Source: Spirochaetales bacterium (lineage in GTDB: Bacteria > Spirochaetota > Spirochaetia > JAIPGG01). Taken from it: 64,000 bases of DNA. This document shows positions 62,527 through 64,000 of the stretch, in pieces. The stretch lies in contig JAIPGG010000004.1 in assembly GCA_021736255.1 (NCBI GenBank), positions 3,747 to 67,746 on the forward strand. Direction: 5' to 3'. The translations under genes were made by a program, and so were the position numbers. The first letter of the stretch is position 1. Each line of letters opens with the position of its first letter. The notes beneath the pieces are model-generated. The model searched no databases, was not told the DNA's origin, and saw only the letters and a list, made by a program, of their open reading frames with translations.

Positions 62527-63789
62527 TTAATCCCATCGATACTGCTGCGGACGCTCGGAGAGCTCGAGTTCGATCGTTTTTTCCTTACGGCCCCGAACCA
62601 CAACGACATCGATTACTTCTCCCGGTTTATTGTCTTCGAGGGCATTGTACAAATCGCTCAGAGAGGTTACCCGGTCCCCATCGATTTCGATGATGATATC
62701 ACCCCCGAGATAAATTACCGATCGCCCGTAGCGAACCGCCTTATCCCGGTCCCCGCCGCGCAGACCGGCTTCATCCGCATTCCCCCCGGGCAGAACCCGA
62801 GAAACGAGAATACCGCGCTTGACCGGGAGATCCGCATAATCGGCAAGCTGGGGGAATATCTGTACTGGGACAATATCTATCCACCCTCTCCGAACGGAAC
62901 CGTATTCGATCAGTTCAGGAACAACCCGGCGAGCCGTATCAACAGGCACGGCAAAGCCTATTCCCACCGAACCGCCTGAAGGCGAGTAAATCATCGTATT
63001 GATACCGATCATCTCTCCCCGGGAATTGAGCAGGGGCCCGCCGGAATTTCCGGGATTGATAGATGCATCCGTCTGGATCATCTCCCGCACAATCAGCCCC
63101 TCAGAGTTCTTGACCGGCCTCCCGAGACCGGAAACGATTCCAGTAGTCAGGGTACGGTCGAAGGCAAAGGGGTTTCCGATAGCAAGGACCTTTTGTCCAA
63201 CCCTGAGGTTTTTCGAGGTTCCCATGGGAATGGTCGTCAGTTCTGCATCTCCAGGATCAAACTTGACGACCGCCAGATCATTTTCCGGGTCGGTACCGAT
63301 GACTTCTCCTTCATACCGGCTGCCGTCGGCCAGGGTGAGTTTTACCGTATAGGCATCCTTTACGACATGATGATTCGTAAGTATGTAGCCGCGTTTATCG
63401 ATAATTGCACCGGAACCGGAACTCCCCTCCCGGGGAACGGGTTCGAGAAACCAGTTGTAGGCAACAATTTCGGTGGTGATGTTTACCACCCCGTAGTTCA
63501 ATCGTTCATATATGCGAATATTTTCCAGTTCTTCTTTGCCGTAATTCCCTTCAGCCGCAGGTACAATATCCCCGCTGCTCGAAGATACATTATCCGAAGG
63601 AATCGGAGCTGAATTAGGGTTCGTCTGCAGCATGAACCGGTTTTCTTCCTCTGCGGCGCCTCCGGTTTGCTGCACATCTCCTTTTATATTCTCAGTGTTT
63701 TCCCGGAAAACCCCCATGCCTATCAAGACGAGGAGAGCCAATACCAGGCCCAAAATCGGTAAGATTAGCTTCGGCTGCGTTTTCCTCAT
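62527..63789 (-). CDS. htrA: HtrA/DegP-family serine protease with one PDZ domain
   Basis: Catalytic triad contexts TNHHVV, NDLAVVK and GNSGGPL. There is a C-terminal PDZ and an N-terminal TM/signal segment. Start chosen at MRKTQPK (RBS GGGGGA). Confidence 0.85.
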   Translation of the reverse strand: MRKTQPKLILPILGLVLALLVLIGMGVFRENTENIKGDVQQTGGAAEEENRFMLQTNPNSAPIPSDNVSSSSGDIVPAAEGNYGKEELENIRIYERLNYGVVNITTEIVAYNWFLEPVPREGSSGSGAIIDKRGYILTNHHVVKDAYTVKLTLADGSRYEGEVIGTDPENDLAVVKFDPGDAELTTIPMGTSKNLRVGQKVLAIGNPFAFDRTLTTGIVSGLGRPVKNSEGLIVREMIQTDASINPGNSGGPLLNSRGEMIGINTMIYSPSGGSVGIGFAVPVDTARRVVPELIEYGSVRRGWIDIVPVQIFPQLADYADLPVKRGILVSRVLPGGNADEAGLRGGDRDKAVRYGRSVIYLGGDIIIEIDGDRVTSLSDLYNALEDNKPGEVIDVVVVRGRKEKTIELELSERPQQYRWD

Positions 63790-63910
63790 TTGTTCCCCCA
63801 TCCGGCCGGTCAGTCCGCCGTACCCTCTTTTTTGCGACTTTTCAAGCATAATGAAAATGGCGGTATCTGTCACCTACGGGAAAATCGGATTGCCTCCTGT
63901 TTGCCGGCGT

Positions 63911-64000
63911 TCAAATAATCAGACGCATTTTTTCTCCTGGAATATCCTCTTCTTCTCCGGTTCGGCGGTACTGCAGCGCCTCGAAAAGGTGCTCCTTCCC
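63911..64000 (-). CDS. 3' end of a gene running off the window (possibly a YifB/ComM-type Mg-chelatase-like ATPase)
   Basis: My own translation of the minus strand gives ...GKEHLFEALQYRRTGEEEDIPGEKMRLII*. The EALQYR segment recalls the C-terminal region of ComM/YifB. The fragment is very short. Confidence 0.3.
   Translation of the reverse strand, partial: GKEHLFEALQYRRTGEEEDIPGEKMRLII

Noticed and set aside
1-64000. CRISPR arrays, rRNA genes, IS elements, prophage or toxin-antitoxin modules
   Set aside because: I noticed no regularly spaced repeats and no transposase-, integrase-, Cas- or phage-like ORFs while reading the ORF track and the intergenic regions. A computational repeat scan would be needed for certainty.

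Overview
This is a densely coding 64-kb chromosomal segment with about 60 CDS and one tRNA-Thr. I saw no rRNA, transposase, integrase, prophage genes or CRISPR array. All calls come from reading the supplied ORF translations and the raw DNA by eye; nothing was searched or computed. Several features suggest a spirochaete (Spirochaetota), but that is unverified. They are a solitary groES, a pyruvate-phosphate dikinase, a murG-cvpA-holB-like-HK-NtrC block that I recall from Borrelia, and a short RpoS-like sigma factor preceded by a -24/-12 promoter.

Main blocks:
- 605-9098: an 8-gene translationally coupled operon (MFS, two ArnE/F-like 4-TM proteins, GT2, ATP-grasp ligase, NitT/TauT-type ABC importer) converging on an ArnT/PMT-like GT-C glycosyltransferase.
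- 9207-14215: a 7-gene sulfur-trafficking operon (split YeeE, two tandem TusA genes, an atypical TrxR-like flavoprotein, two exported rhodaneses).
- 14527-16664: exported YD-repeat-like and HEAT-repeat proteins.
- 16744-19656: an amidohydrolase / cNMP-TPR / Crp-Fnr operon.
- 20663-29983: an envelope block (MlaEFD, TPR lipoprotein, LysM-M23 peptidase, PEGA protein, PBP1A, mini ParB-fold protein).
- 30025-33430: two exported repeat proteins.
- 33480-42608: nth-like glycosylase, ppdK, RpoS-like sigma, SEC-C protein, groES, JAB-DinG helicase and PNP.
- 42809-47188: asd, lysC, a DapF-like gene and a WecA-like transferase.
- 47209-52570: NtrC-type RR, HK, holB-like, cvpA and murG.
- 52644-58115: pstSCAB, then phoU and a phoB-like regulator.
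- 58116-63789: thioesterase, REC-GGDEF, SH3b lipoprotein, uvrB and htrA.

Most interesting candidates:
- The sulfur operon. Its two tusA paralogues encode identical 75-aa proteins but differ at 23 nucleotide positions, all synonymous.
- The Arn-logic cluster with an embedded ATP-grasp ligase and importer.
- The near-consensus sigma-54 promoter in front of the RpoS-like gene.
- A JAMM/RadC-like domain fused to a DinG helicase.
- A DapF-fold protein that appears to lack both catalytic cysteines.
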